Both the position numbers and the translations under genes were made by a program. The notes beneath the pieces are model-generated. The model ran no database searches, had not been told where the DNA came from, and saw only the letters and a program-made list of their open reading frames with translations. Shown here one piece after another: positions 28,473-38,611 of a DNA stretch of 64,000 nucleotides; positions within the stretch are counted from its first letter, which is position 1, and every line of letters begins with the position of its first letter. The stretch lies in the sequence record PP695294.1. One strand, 5' to 3'.

Positions 28473-28775
28473 ATGGTAAAGTTCATTGTTGTCAATATGG
28501 ATTTTGAGCGTAGTGTGCGTTTTCGCTTTGAGTTACCTGAAAACAAAGCGACTGAAGCTTTCTTAGCCGACTTCCACAAAGCCAAAACTGCGATCAGTCA
28601 TGGACGTCGCTGGCAAATCTTCTATAACGCCCGTAAAGGCCTCCTGAAGGCGTTAAAAGCAGCAAAGGATACAAAGGTATTGGAAAAGCTAGAACCTTTC
28701 CAGAACGACCCTCTGGCGATTGGTATCATGCTCGACGAATTGGTTAATAAACCTAAAGCTGCTACAGAAGATTAA
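28473..28775 (+). CDS. Small hypothetical protein
   Basis: 100 aa, SD GAGG. Confidence 0.7.
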   Translation: MVKFIVVNMDFERSVRFRFELPENKATEAFLADFHKAKTAISHGRRWQIFYNARKGLLKALKAAKDTKVLEKLEPFQNDPLAIGIMLDELVNKPKAATED

Positions 28776-28838
28776 AAAAAAGAAAAGGTACCTCTCCCCG
28801 AAGGGAGAGGTAAACCTTATTTCTTTTTCTTTTTTTGT
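28776..28838. terminator. Bidirectional terminator between convergent genes
   Basis: A tract, ACCTCTCCC-CGAA-GGGAGAGGT, T tract. Confidence 0.9.
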
Positions 28839-31583
28839 TTAGAGGACGTTGTCTGGGTTGTCGTCGGTAGTTCCTTCACCGCCTTCTGTGCCTTCCGTTC
28901 CCTCGGTAGTTGTTTCCGTGGTTTCGGTCGACTCAGTAGTTTCCTCTGTACTATCACCACCGGTGCCGTTATCCGTATCGAGTTCGAGGTCTAAATCATC
29001 GTCACCCCCACCGCCGAGATCCCCATCACCGCCGCCGGTGTCACCGCCCGCATCAAAACCACCACCGAATCCGCCGGAAGCATCGTTAGGATCAAGGTCG
29101 GCATTCTTCGCTAACGTTTCCAGTCGCCCGGTGAAACGTTTCGCCAATTGAATCAGCGTTTTCGAAGCAGCCATCGCTTCATCAGTCATCATGGTGATGT
29201 TGTCCTGACGAGAATCATCGTCGTAAACCAGATCGAAGAAGTCGGTTTCAATACCTTGTTTACGCAGCCAGTTGCGCGTATAGAAGGACTTGATCATCGT
29301 CTTCAGATCGTTCGGGTCCATCGAGATGCCTTCTTGCTGGAGTTGCGCAGCAATGTCATCCGTTACAACCAGATCAGCCAGCTTCTCAAAGAACTCCGTA
29401 CGTTTATCGAACAGCTCCATCTGCGAAGCTGCTGCCGATGTGTCGGGTGGTGGTAAGGTTACTTTCATACCGTTGATAAACGCAGCCAGATACTCAGAGA
29501 CCTTTTTCGTAATCTGGTCAGTAGTCATCCCATTGCCGTTAGCATTGATGTACTCTGCAATGATTTTAATCATCGCTGATTGCAACGACGGAGAGGCCAA
29601 CATCCCATTAACTACGTAACGTGTCAGTGGCTTAGAGAGAATCTCTTGCTTCTTAACAACCTGCTGGGTGACCAGTAACGATTTAGAGAAGATCTGTGAA
29701 GCAAACTCGATGTTCTCGGGGGTCATTACCAGGTCAGGGTCAACACCTGCGATGTGACAAGTGCGACGTAACAGACCTTCGTCGAAATCCTTATCCGGGT
29801 ATTTATAATCCGGCGTAGTGTCCGACACAGACACTTTGGTACTACCGTAGTAGTCGTTACCAATAACGTTAAACGCAATACCTGCGTTTGTCGTCATTGC
29901 CCAGGTGTCGTTCATGTCCCCCCACATCGGTTGACGTCGGTTATAGGAGTTCATGATGTCTGTTTTCAGCTGGTCAATTGTTTTCTGACCGTTCATGTCA
30001 TCTGGTGCCAACTCAATGTCGTACTGCATGTGACGTGCAGAGTTCAACACCGCAGAGTTCATGGTAGCGAACAACAGCGCCATACGGACAGTAGAGATAA
30101 CGAACGAGCGTTCGGTAATAGATACACCGATACCATCTTCATCAAAGTCCGTGGCAAAATAGCAAAGGTTTTCCGCAGGAATATAAATAACCTGCGTATG
30201 ACGTTTTGCCAGATGGCGCGCCAGCATGATACGGCTGAACGTTTCGGTTACCGTCATGCTAATCTCAGCACCACCCAACGCCTCACCCAACGCTTTTGTC
30301 AGCTGGTCTTCAGCAATCTCACCATAACGCGCTGTTAAACGGTTAGCAATGTCTGGCGTGATTCGGGTTGTGTTGCCCATCCCCAGATTCGCACGGTTGA
30401 TTGTCGAATCTACCATACCGTCGTTGTTCAGGTAGTTCATGAAGTTCGCATCCCCGTAAAGTGTGGAACGCGAGTTAATGAAGTTACCCATTTCGTCAAC
30501 GATGGCCAGATAACCTATGGGGTTACGAACATCGTCACCGATAACGAGTGGGAGTGTGGACTCTGCTGGCAGTAATCGTTCCGTGTATTCGATTTTGTTG
30601 GCATCGGAGAAACTCATCTTCGGTACTTCGCCGTAAAGCTTTTGCTCAGGCGTTTTCTGGTACGCTTCGTTGAGGTCGCCGATGTTGATTAAACCGAGTT
30701 TTGCCTTCTCTTGTTCGCTGTCTGTGAACTGGTCAGCGTTATACTCTGACGCACCTGTCGGCGTAGAAGGTTGTTCATATGCGTACTGCTCTAACTGACC
30801 GAACAGGCCGGTGCGAGCATTCTCCTGTGCCACACGGCGATAAGCCTCTGGTAGCAGGGTAATACGCGGGTTGTCGGTGATAACGATATCCAGGGAAGCT
30901 AACATACCGTCTGCTTTAAACGGACTGTTAGGGGCTGCTGCAAAGTTAAGTTTAATGGTTTGTGGCTTGGTGGGCTTGTCAGCGCCACGTGCACGACCCA
31001 GAATACTTTCTACACCAACCTTCGGTTTGTTTTCACCGCCAATCTTGCCCAGGATACCCAACTGACGTTCAAAGAAGTCAGATTGGCTACGGCGCAACGA
31101 TTCGGTTGCAACAGACGGCTTTAAGCCGAAGAGTTCATCGAATCCGGTATCTGAAATCAGCAACACCGGGCTCGCGCCTTTGGATTTCAGTGCATCGTAA
31201 ATCCACTGATACAGTTTGTTGGGTAACTGGCGCGTGTGGTCATGGAATTCACGCACGGGTTCTAACAACTGTTGACGCAGGTCGATCGGGATATCAGCCA
31301 CGTTGTCGTAAATCAGCGTGGTGTTAATCAAATCTTTTGTGGACAGGAGCGAGGAGGTCGCGATGGTAACAATGACCTCTAACTCAGGGAGCGCATCAAA
31401 GATACGTTCGGCATTTTTAACGGTGCGAATGCGGCTACTCGCAATGCCCGTGAGTTCTGTACGGGTTGGTGTAACGCCGCCATCTTCACGCTTACCGCGT
31501 TGCTGCTGAGCCGACGGGCTCGTGGACTTACGCAGTATGGCAGCTACCGCGGGGTCGCCCGTTAATTTACTAATATCTTCCAT
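28839..31583 (-). CDS. Portal protein (phiKZ gp129/SPN3US gp81-like)
   Basis: 914 aa; IFDALPELEVIVTIATSSLLSTKDL, YFATDFDEDGIGVSI segments; VATES site; minus-strand synteny. Confidence 0.75.
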   Translation of the reverse strand: MEDISKLTGDPAVAAILRKSTSPSAQQQRGKREDGGVTPTRTELTGIASSRIRTVKNAERIFDALPELEVIVTIATSSLLSTKDLINTTLIYDNVADIPIDLRQQLLEPVREFHDHTRQLPNKLYQWIYDALKSKGASPVLLISDTGFDELFGLKPSVATESLRRSQSDFFERQLGILGKIGGENKPKVGVESILGRARGADKPTKPQTIKLNFAAAPNSPFKADGMLASLDIVITDNPRITLLPEAYRRVAQENARTGLFGQLEQYAYEQPSTPTGASEYNADQFTDSEQEKAKLGLINIGDLNEAYQKTPEQKLYGEVPKMSFSDANKIEYTERLLPAESTLPLVIGDDVRNPIGYLAIVDEMGNFINSRSTLYGDANFMNYLNNDGMVDSTINRANLGMGNTTRITPDIANRLTARYGEIAEDQLTKALGEALGGAEISMTVTETFSRIMLARHLAKRHTQVIYIPAENLCYFATDFDEDGIGVSITERSFVISTVRMALLFATMNSAVLNSARHMQYDIELAPDDMNGQKTIDQLKTDIMNSYNRRQPMWGDMNDTWAMTTNAGIAFNVIGNDYYGSTKVSVSDTTPDYKYPDKDFDEGLLRRTCHIAGVDPDLVMTPENIEFASQIFSKSLLVTQQVVKKQEILSKPLTRYVVNGMLASPSLQSAMIKIIAEYINANGNGMTTDQITKKVSEYLAAFINGMKVTLPPPDTSAAASQMELFDKRTEFFEKLADLVVTDDIAAQLQQEGISMDPNDLKTMIKSFYTRNWLRKQGIETDFFDLVYDDDSRQDNITMMTDEAMAASKTLIQLAKRFTGRLETLAKNADLDPNDASGGFGGGFDAGGDTGGGDGDLGGGGDDDLDLELDTDNGTGGDSTEETTESTETTETTTEGTEGTEGGEGTTDDNPDNVL

Positions 31584-31594
31584 TGGGGTCTCCG

Positions 31595-33778
31595 ATGCAG
31601 AGATTTAACATTTTTCGTGACCAGGCTATCCAGTTAGCGAAATCCCTGATTGTCAAATCAGAGAGCATCGCACAACAGATGAACCTGGCAATAACCAAAA
31701 ACGGCGGTTTCGTTTCCGAGAACCGTGAGACGTGGCGGTATTACCTACACTTAGCAGGTAAACGACATGCAATCGACAAGCCGATATACATTACGTCACT
31801 CGACACGCAAGAGCAGATAGAGTTAACGACGCAGAACCTCTCCCGTCATAAAAAGACCTCAAACGTATATCGTTCTAACCCGGAGTATATCGACGACTTA
31901 ATCGCCGAGTATCCGGACTACGCAGTATACATTCGCGGTACTTTCAATCCGATTGATATTGCATACGCGATACGTGTCGATGACTGCTCAATTTTGTATT
32001 ACGATCCTGCTTTAGTTGAACCGCAGGAGACGTCGTTAATTACACATATTGAGAACTTTATTCGTGCAGCACATGTGCGGTTCATGGCCGATGGCTGGAA
32101 AGTTCACAACGACTGTTTCGTACTGGCCTTTTACATGCAGCAGTACCCGGTGTGGCCGGGGCTTATCATGTACATCCGCAAACGGTTACAGTTTACGACC
32201 GAAACGCACTCCTACTACGTGACCGAGTTCTTGGCTTCGCACCAAGAACTGCACGAGTTCATGCCGTACCTGACCCTCAAGCAGAAATTCACACTGTATC
32301 GCAACATCCGTTACTGGGAACGTAACTCTGGTAAGGAAGAAATCTTTACCTGGATGATTGACACCCTGCTGACGGGTTGGGGTATGCCTGCTGTTGGATA
32401 TAAGGTCGCCCAGCAGATTCACGACCCGACGACGGGCAGTGACGATGACCTGACACCACTCCCGATCGGCTACCAGTCATCGCTTAACTATACTGAACGT
32501 GACTCGGGCCGTGACCTGGACATTGTTAGCACAACTGACATCATCCAGAAAGAAATCAATCTGGCGTACAATAACCCAGTGCACGAACCTGACTATCAGG
32601 AAGACCTCGATCGGCGTTTGAGCTTGACGCAGTATCCGAACCTGCCAACGAAGTTAGTTGAGGTAACGGCGATTGACCCAGAGGCCATCGAACGTTGGGA
32701 ATTTATGCATGGCTTGTTCAACGAGTGGATGCATATCGTGGCACGTGGACAGTACAACATTTACCACGAAATTCTTAACCCAACGAACGGGGATACGCTA
32801 AAGCTCACTTCAAAAGAGCTGCTGGCACTGTTCTTGTATGCGAGCTTCAAAGGTTATTCGGGTGTAGCACTGGATAAAATCCCGGTGTGGAACGTGTTTG
32901 GTGTACTAATCAAACGCTGGGTTGGTTTTGATGAGATGGAGCAGCATCTGCCAAGCTCATGGCCCGGCCGTTTTAATGCGTTGATTAACTATTACACGGA
33001 CACGCATCATGAAGTTATCGGTAATTTGATGTCTGCAGATGAGTTGTACGATGAAATCAGCGAAATCATGGTGCAGAAGCGTCGTCGTTACCGTTACTCG
33101 TATAATCGACACAAGCTAGCCGACCGTGCTGCCGGCACAATGCTGTTTACCTACCATTACCGTGACTATAAGTGCGATCTTGACCTACCTTACCGCGATT
33201 ACGACGAGTTCTTCAAAACGTTTGGTTTTGATTACGAGTTAGTCTCCGCGGAAACCTGGCAGGACATCGCCACCGACGCTTTAAACGTGGCCACTAATCT
33301 GGAAACACGTGCGTCTGTCTCACAAGCTGAAATACAACGCGCGATGGTGCGGTTAATGACGAAACTCTCGTCGTATACTGTCCATTTTGCCGCACGTATG
33401 GGTTCTGACACCTACGATGTCACCGACCCAGTCATCCCGATTCTGGATGATATTCTCGCAGAGGCTGCCGATACAACAAATATCATTTACCCTCTGACAG
33501 ACGTGCAGCGTGTGAGCCGTAGTTCATTCATGACGACGGATAAGCCCATCCCTGTCGCTCCCGTGATAAAGGAAATGGCAATCCCGCAACGTATTAAGTT
33601 GCGGATGAATGTCTACCCTGGTATCCGCGTGAAGGTCGAGCAGGATGTTGTGATCGATATGGTACAGCCACCTATTGATGTTATCCGTGTGCGGACGTCA
33701 TTTGAGGAGTGGACGCTTGCCGAGCGCGTGGCCGACCGTGACATGGATGGCTTCCGGCTAGACCAATTACCAAAGTGA
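31595..33778 (+). CDS. Baseplate/tail structural protein (phiKZ gp128-like)
   Basis: WRYYLHLAG and LYRNIRYWERNSGK motifs; start moved to ATG 31595. Confidence 0.65.
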   Translation: MQRFNIFRDQAIQLAKSLIVKSESIAQQMNLAITKNGGFVSENRETWRYYLHLAGKRHAIDKPIYITSLDTQEQIELTTQNLSRHKKTSNVYRSNPEYIDDLIAEYPDYAVYIRGTFNPIDIAYAIRVDDCSILYYDPALVEPQETSLITHIENFIRAAHVRFMADGWKVHNDCFVLAFYMQQYPVWPGLIMYIRKRLQFTTETHSYYVTEFLASHQELHEFMPYLTLKQKFTLYRNIRYWERNSGKEEIFTWMIDTLLTGWGMPAVGYKVAQQIHDPTTGSDDDLTPLPIGYQSSLNYTERDSGRDLDIVSTTDIIQKEINLAYNNPVHEPDYQEDLDRRLSLTQYPNLPTKLVEVTAIDPEAIERWEFMHGLFNEWMHIVARGQYNIYHEILNPTNGDTLKLTSKELLALFLYASFKGYSGVALDKIPVWNVFGVLIKRWVGFDEMEQHLPSSWPGRFNALINYYTDTHHEVIGNLMSADELYDEISEIMVQKRRRYRYSYNRHKLADRAAGTMLFTYHYRDYKCDLDLPYRDYDEFFKTFGFDYELVSAETWQDIATDALNVATNLETRASVSQAEIQRAMVRLMTKLSSYTVHFAARMGSDTYDVTDPVIPILDDILAEAADTTNIIYPLTDVQRVSRSSFMTTDKPIPVAPVIKEMAIPQRIKLRMNVYPGIRVKVEQDVVIDMVQPPIDVIRVRTSFEEWTLAERVADRDMDGFRLDQLPK

Positions 33779-33785
33779 GAGACTT

Positions 33786-34313
33786 ATGGGATACCGTATA
33801 GATTTATCAAAAACCCCGAAACAGATTCTGGTTGAGAGAATCAATTACGTTTTTAAGTTATCGTATAGTGAAAATAACTACGAGTTTAACCCACGTGGGG
33901 TGTGGCCGCTAACCCAAGCAGAGCGACGCGCTAAAGGTGTGGAGTCTAAAGTTGCGGCGCGCTTTGTAAATGGGGTACACGGCACTCAAGAGTTTTACCT
34001 GACTCGTGCGGACTTAAACAAGTTACTTAAAGACGTAACGGTTGAAGTCCCGAAGGGTGTGGCAGAATGGAGCCATGAATTAGTTCCGTATATTGTCGAT
34101 GAGCTGGGTCTCCAGCTTGACACCTACGATATCATGGTTGAACCGATTACCCCGGAAATGGAATCGTATGAGGCGCGCTTAATCCCGCACCATCTATCTT
34201 TCAAAGGCACGATTGCGATTACTTTTGTTGACCCAACTCCCCGTAAGCTGGCGCAGCTGGTAACTAAACGGGCACTCGACGGGTTTCGCCCAGGAGAATT
34301 TTTAAATGGCTAA
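33786..34313 (+). CDS. Virion protein of a small paralog family (with 38612 and 58447)
   Basis: IDLSKTPKQILVERIN...YLTRADL pattern. Confidence 0.6.
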   Translation: MGYRIDLSKTPKQILVERINYVFKLSYSENNYEFNPRGVWPLTQAERRAKGVESKVAARFVNGVHGTQEFYLTRADLNKLLKDVTVEVPKGVAEWSHELVPYIVDELGLQLDTYDIMVEPITPEMESYEARLIPHHLSFKGTIAITFVDPTPRKLAQLVTKRALDGFRPGEFLNG

Positions 34314-35193
34314 CACCAAAGTTTACGATGGTAAACTGTCAACAGTGACTCTTAACGCGATGCGACTTACGACCGCGTTATTGACAGGTGCTGACGTGCA
34401 GTACCCACAGAAATCCACGATGAACGAGTTTTATAAACTCATGACCTCGAAAGTTCCCGATGGCGCTACACGTCCGCATTTAGGATACATGTGCGTGGGT
34501 AACCGTGGTCACATCGTTGATCAGTCTGATGTTGTGGCAGACGTTGTTCCCGTCGCGAAATCCCCGATTGCGTCAGGGATGTTCTCGCGCGTTCCATTGG
34601 TACTGCGTACGTTGGATAATGACTTGTCTGATGAGCAACGTAAACAGTACGCTTTCCGTACTCGTGAAACTATCGGCGCGCGGGATTACTGGGCGTATTA
34701 TCTGAAACGTATCGACATGCGCGCAGTGAAGACCACTGACCTGGATATCACTCGCGAAAACGGTGTTGAAACCGTCAAAGATTTCGTCTATACCGATGCG
34801 GAACTGAACCCGGTACCGAAAGAACTCCCAGACTACGATTACGACGATGATGGCACTGTAGAGATCCCCGACGGTCGTTATGTTGAATCGGGCGCAGACC
34901 TGGTGATTCCATGGACTGAGTTTGATGTTCAGGAGTACATGAACGTGACGGCGATTCTACGTGGTACGCCACGCAGTTCGATTATCTCTGAAATTGCGCT
35001 GTGCTCTGGCGTTGATACCCCTGAAACGGGTGAGTCGGCTACCGGTTCACAGTTCAGCTACGACGAAGCTATCGGTGTGCAGGCGTTGTACTACATCTCC
35101 CTGTTCACTAACCTGGCACAGACCAACGATCGTCTGTCACTGACCATCCGTATCGGCCAGCCGGCACCGTGGTTCTTAGGGACAGCTAACTGA
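34306..35193 (+). CDS. Virion structural protein (phiKZ gp127-like)
   Basis: YMCVGNRGH, YWAYYLKRID, IISEIALCSGVD motifs. Confidence 0.65.
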   Translation: MANTKVYDGKLSTVTLNAMRLTTALLTGADVQYPQKSTMNEFYKLMTSKVPDGATRPHLGYMCVGNRGHIVDQSDVVADVVPVAKSPIASGMFSRVPLVLRTLDNDLSDEQRKQYAFRTRETIGARDYWAYYLKRIDMRAVKTTDLDITRENGVETVKDFVYTDAELNPVPKELPDYDYDDDGTVEIPDGRYVESGADLVIPWTEFDVQEYMNVTAILRGTPRSSIISEIALCSGVDTPETGESATGSQFSYDEAIGVQALYYISLFTNLAQTNDRLSLTIRIGQPAPWFLGTAN

Positions 35194-35843
35194 TGCTGAT
35201 TCCTGAGCCGAGGTTACCCGACAGTATGGTGAGGATTGCGGCTGTTGACCCCGGTACTGCCCATCTTGGGATGGCGGTTATCGACTGGGAATTTGGCCAA
35301 CCTCAAGGTGAAGTTGTCTGGGCGGGCACGGCTCATGTTGCGGACCCTACGCACAATGGCTCTTTTGGTGAGTGCGTAGGGAAACGCGATGCGCGTTTGG
35401 TAGAATTAGAAGAACGCTTTCGTGAGTTTTTAAAACTGGCAAGGCCGACTTTTGTCGCTACCGAAACTCCGTTCATGCGAAGAGCTAAGCTCTCAGCGTA
35501 CGAATCTGGGGTGGAATTGCAACTGATGTTGCGGCGAACGCTTTGGGACGTGTTTCCCGAAAAATATCTCCATGGGTTTAATCCTATTATTGTGAAGTCG
35601 TACGTTGGTGTGGAAGCAAAGGGTACAGATAAATCGCATATGCAACAAGCGGTGACCAAACTCTACGCGAACCATACCCGGTGCGACTTATCGGTATTGG
35701 ATGAACACAGTATCGATGCCGTGGCGGTGGGTAATATCTTCGTCAGGGTCAACTTATTAAACCTAAATAGTCTTCTTCCGCCCAAGGTTAAAGTTCCTAA
35801 AGCTAAGGCCGGTAAGCAGAAAGGAAGACGCCGGAGGAAATAG
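35193..35843 (+). CDS. ruvC: RuvC-like Holliday junction resolvase
   Basis: IAAVDPGT, VATETPF, DEHSIDAVAV acidic RNase H-fold motifs. Confidence 0.85.
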   Translation: MLIPEPRLPDSMVRIAAVDPGTAHLGMAVIDWEFGQPQGEVVWAGTAHVADPTHNGSFGECVGKRDARLVELEERFREFLKLARPTFVATETPFMRRAKLSAYESGVELQLMLRRTLWDVFPEKYLHGFNPIIVKSYVGVEAKGTDKSHMQQAVTKLYANHTRCDLSVLDEHSIDAVAVGNIFVRVNLLNLNSLLPPKVKVPKAKAGKQKGRRRRK

Positions 35844-35845
35844 CG

Positions 35846-36418
35846 ATGTCGCAGTCTTTGCAAGAAGCCTCGACGGATGTGTTGGATGTTCTTATCCAGG
35901 CGGGCACCAATAAATTAAGCCTGGAAGAGAGTAACCGACTAAAAACAGCCGCCCAGACCGCTTTGGGAAGTGATGTTGAAATTGATGTCACTAAACCTGC
36001 TAACGTGATTCTTACTTCTTTACGCCCCCTCATTCTTGAGCAGGTGGGGAACATGGCGAAAACGTTTGAATCGCAAGCAAAAGCCGCCGTAGAAAGCATG
36101 GATGAAAAGCTCGCCAAAGAAACGTTATTGACCCTGTGGCCAAATTTGAAAGGTCCGCAGAAAGTCCTTATCGTTTTGTTGGTGCTGACCACTGTGGTGA
36201 TTACTGGCGCGATGGCCTGGGACACGCACCTGCATTATCCACAGGAGTTAACGGATGTGCTGATTGTGGCGCTCTTACCTTTGTTTGCTCAGGCCGTGTT
36301 CTTTACATGGCCGATTAAGACGCTTGCTTACAATTCGATGGCCATTGGTGCCAAAGTTGTTGAATACAAGCTGAATAAGAGCAACGCGAAGCAACAGACT
36401 ACCGCACCTAAAGTGTAA
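35846..36418 (+). CDS. Two-TM membrane protein
   Basis: VLIVLLVLTTVVITGAMAW and VLIVALLPLFAQAVFFTW hydrophobic segments. Confidence 0.65.
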   Translation: MSQSLQEASTDVLDVLIQAGTNKLSLEESNRLKTAAQTALGSDVEIDVTKPANVILTSLRPLILEQVGNMAKTFESQAKAAVESMDEKLAKETLLTLWPNLKGPQKVLIVLLVLTTVVITGAMAWDTHLHYPQELTDVLIVALLPLFAQAVFFTWPIKTLAYNSMAIGAKVVEYKLNKSNAKQQTTAPKV

Positions 36419-36424
36419 TTAAGC

Positions 36425-36465
36425 CCTCTTCTCCTCCGGGAGAAGAGGCTTCTTATTTTTTTTAT
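36425..36465 (+). terminator. Intrinsic terminator
   Basis: CCTCTTCTCC-TCCG-GGAGAAGAGG plus T tract. Confidence 0.85.
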
Positions 36466-36513
36466 TACGTCTACGTAAATTACTGTGTAAGCACGACCCA
36501 AAAGGAATATAAA

Positions 36514-37152
36514 ATGCAATTACAATTTCGTCAACGGTCTGTACTACTACCGTTTAGCGCTATATTAGGTTCGTTTACCAAAATGCTGTCTGTGGATTTT
36601 ACTGCAGCTGAGAAAGAAGCGCTGTTATTGGCGGCAGTCGAAGAAGTATTGTGGGAGGTGTTTTACGTAGTGCCGTTTCGTAGCTGCTTAAACGCCCCGT
36701 ATGTTGAAGGGCAGTTTGTCAGCGCGCTTTCCGCTGCAATTACCAAACGTAAACTAAATGCCATGGCACACGTCAAAGAGATCACCGCGCAACGAGGACG
36801 GATATTCGCTACCGTCAGAAATGTGTTAATTAAAGAAGGGTTTCTTGCAGATGCGTTAGGTCCCGAAGTTCCTTGGGAACCGGGTCATCCGCCGCGTCAG
36901 TTTGACCACGGGTACAAGTTAAGTATAATTATGCCACGCGGTAAGCGTGACGTCTCATTGGGGAAATGGTTACAGATAAGTTGGGTTCGTCCTACTATCG
37001 ATTGGCAAGAAATGTCGGTCAATCGCTATCTGGAACACCTGGCAAAAACACCGGCACAGTTTCACCGTTCAACAATCCTGCCGCTACACATGCTGTTAAA
37101 ACCGTCCCTGTCATTGGCAGAAGCCAGATACCTGCTTAGTGGAGAGAAGTGA
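36514..37152 (+). CDS. Hypothetical protein
   Basis: 212 aa, SD AAGGA. Confidence 0.75.
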   Translation: MQLQFRQRSVLLPFSAILGSFTKMLSVDFTAAEKEALLLAAVEEVLWEVFYVVPFRSCLNAPYVEGQFVSALSAAITKRKLNAMAHVKEITAQRGRIFATVRNVLIKEGFLADALGPEVPWEPGHPPRQFDHGYKLSIIMPRGKRDVSLGKWLQISWVRPTIDWQEMSVNRYLEHLAKTPAQFHRSTILPLHMLLKPSLSLAEARYLLSGEK

Positions 37153-37634
37153 TGCTTGTTATTAATGTGGTCGAGGATAAGATTCCCGCGAATGTTTATC
37201 CTGAACTGGTTGAATGGGTGCGCGACTTAAACAGTATCCGTGAGGAGCCTATTAAACTCACGATGTTTGTTGAGGATGATATCGTGCGGGGAATCATGGC
37301 ATGGGAACCTGGCCATTTGGTCTATATGGTTGTGCCCGAAGAATCGCGCCGGGGCGGTGTCGGCAGATTTATGCTTAAGTATCTTCAGCAGAACTCCGAT
37401 CGTAAACACGTCAGCTGTCGTGTTCACCCGACCAACATTCCCGCGCTAGGATTCTTTCACCAACAAGGCTTCCAGATTGACCGATGGTATATTGCTGCTG
37501 ACGGCCAACGGTATTTTCGTATGACGAACTACAATGTTATTTCGTCACACACGCCACCGGAGGAAAAGCTTTTAACACATTACGCCGAAAGCGTTCCCAT
37601 TTTTCTTTCGATGGCAGAAGGTCATTTCGTCTAA
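37149..37634 (+). CDS. GNAT family acetyltransferase
   Basis: VPEESRRGGVGRFML (motif A), NIPALGFFHQQGF (motif B). Confidence 0.85.
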   Translation: MMLVINVVEDKIPANVYPELVEWVRDLNSIREEPIKLTMFVEDDIVRGIMAWEPGHLVYMVVPEESRRGGVGRFMLKYLQQNSDRKHVSCRVHPTNIPALGFFHQQGFQIDRWYIAADGQRYFRMTNYNVISSHTPPEEKLLTHYAESVPIFLSMAEGHFV

Positions 37635-37651
37635 ACGAGCGAGAGTGTATA

Positions 37652-38128
37652 ATGATACGTGTTGCTTACGAAACACGAGATACGGATGGAACCCGTATAA
37701 ACGTCATCCGCCGTGTGGAGCTTGTTCCTCAGCATGAACTGAATATTGCAGACAGTTCGCTTAGGGGCACTCCTGTTAAGATTCTGAATCTTACGAGACG
37801 TTCTTTTCATCACAGTAAGACATCACCAGCAATACGGTCCAGTAAAAGAAAAAGTTATGCCGATTTAAAACGTCGGTTGTCCCGGCATTTTCGTCGGAGT
37901 GCCTGGAAGGCTTTAGTTGAGGTTTTGGTCGACGAGCACCTTATCCAGAGGTTGGAGTGGGAAGAAGTTCTCAAGGAAGCGGGCTATCCAACAAAACCTT
38001 TCTCTTATCACTGGCATCACTTCAAAAAACAGTTCCATGATGCCTTACAGGTATCGCCAAACACCCGCAACATGATTCACCGTTTGGAGAAAATGGACTG
38101 GCTTCTACCCTATCTGGAAGAGGACTAG
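37652..38128 (+). CDS. Basic hypothetical protein
   Basis: 158 aa, Arg/Lys-rich middle. Confidence 0.7.
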   Translation: MIRVAYETRDTDGTRINVIRRVELVPQHELNIADSSLRGTPVKILNLTRRSFHHSKTSPAIRSSKRKSYADLKRRLSRHFRRSAWKALVEVLVDEHLIQRLEWEEVLKEAGYPTKPFSYHWHHFKKQFHDALQVSPNTRNMIHRLEKMDWLLPYLEED

Positions 38129-38130
38129 AT

Positions 38131-38520
38131 ATGATGCGTGCTGTATTAGCTGTGTTTATAGTCTGCGTTACTGCGCCAGTAAACGCCTTTACCATTCAGG
38201 ACTTCCCGCAGTATAAACCGATGTGGGAAACCGACGCACCTGTAAAATTTAGCGACAAAGATGAACCAGTCGTGACAGTGGTGAAGGGTGAGTTTGCCGT
38301 GGTCAACTACGGGCGTTCTGAACTGTGTCCGGGCGGTGGCTTTTATCTCGTTAACACAAAGCGCAAGACGTACCAGCCAATAGATGCCGGTACGTGTTCG
38401 CCGAAAGTTAAAGCGACAATTGTCCCGTCAGTACGAACACACCGCAGCGTTAATACCCACCAGTTAACTTTTTGGGTAGGTAAAGAAATTTCCGCGCGGT
38501 ATCCTTTGTACGATTATTAA
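38131..38520 (+). CDS. Exported protein (signal peptide, Cys pair)
   Basis: MMRAVLAVFIVCVTAPVNA signal-like; mature LCPGGG...GTC. Confidence 0.65.
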   Translation: MMRAVLAVFIVCVTAPVNAFTIQDFPQYKPMWETDAPVKFSDKDEPVVTVVKGEFAVVNYGRSELCPGGGFYLVNTKRKTYQPIDAGTCSPKVKATIVPSVRTHRSVNTHQLTFWVGKEISARYPLYDY

Positions 38521-38527
38521 ACACAGC

Positions 38528-38565
38528 GTATAGGGGCTTCGGCCCCTATACTGTTTATTATTTTC
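38528..38565 (+). terminator. Intrinsic terminator
   Basis: GTATAGGGGC-TTCG-GCCCCTATAC. Confidence 0.88.
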
Positions 38566-38611
38566 CTGTGAAGTATTATGACCCCCCTTAATCAAATACC
38601 AGGAGCGAGGC

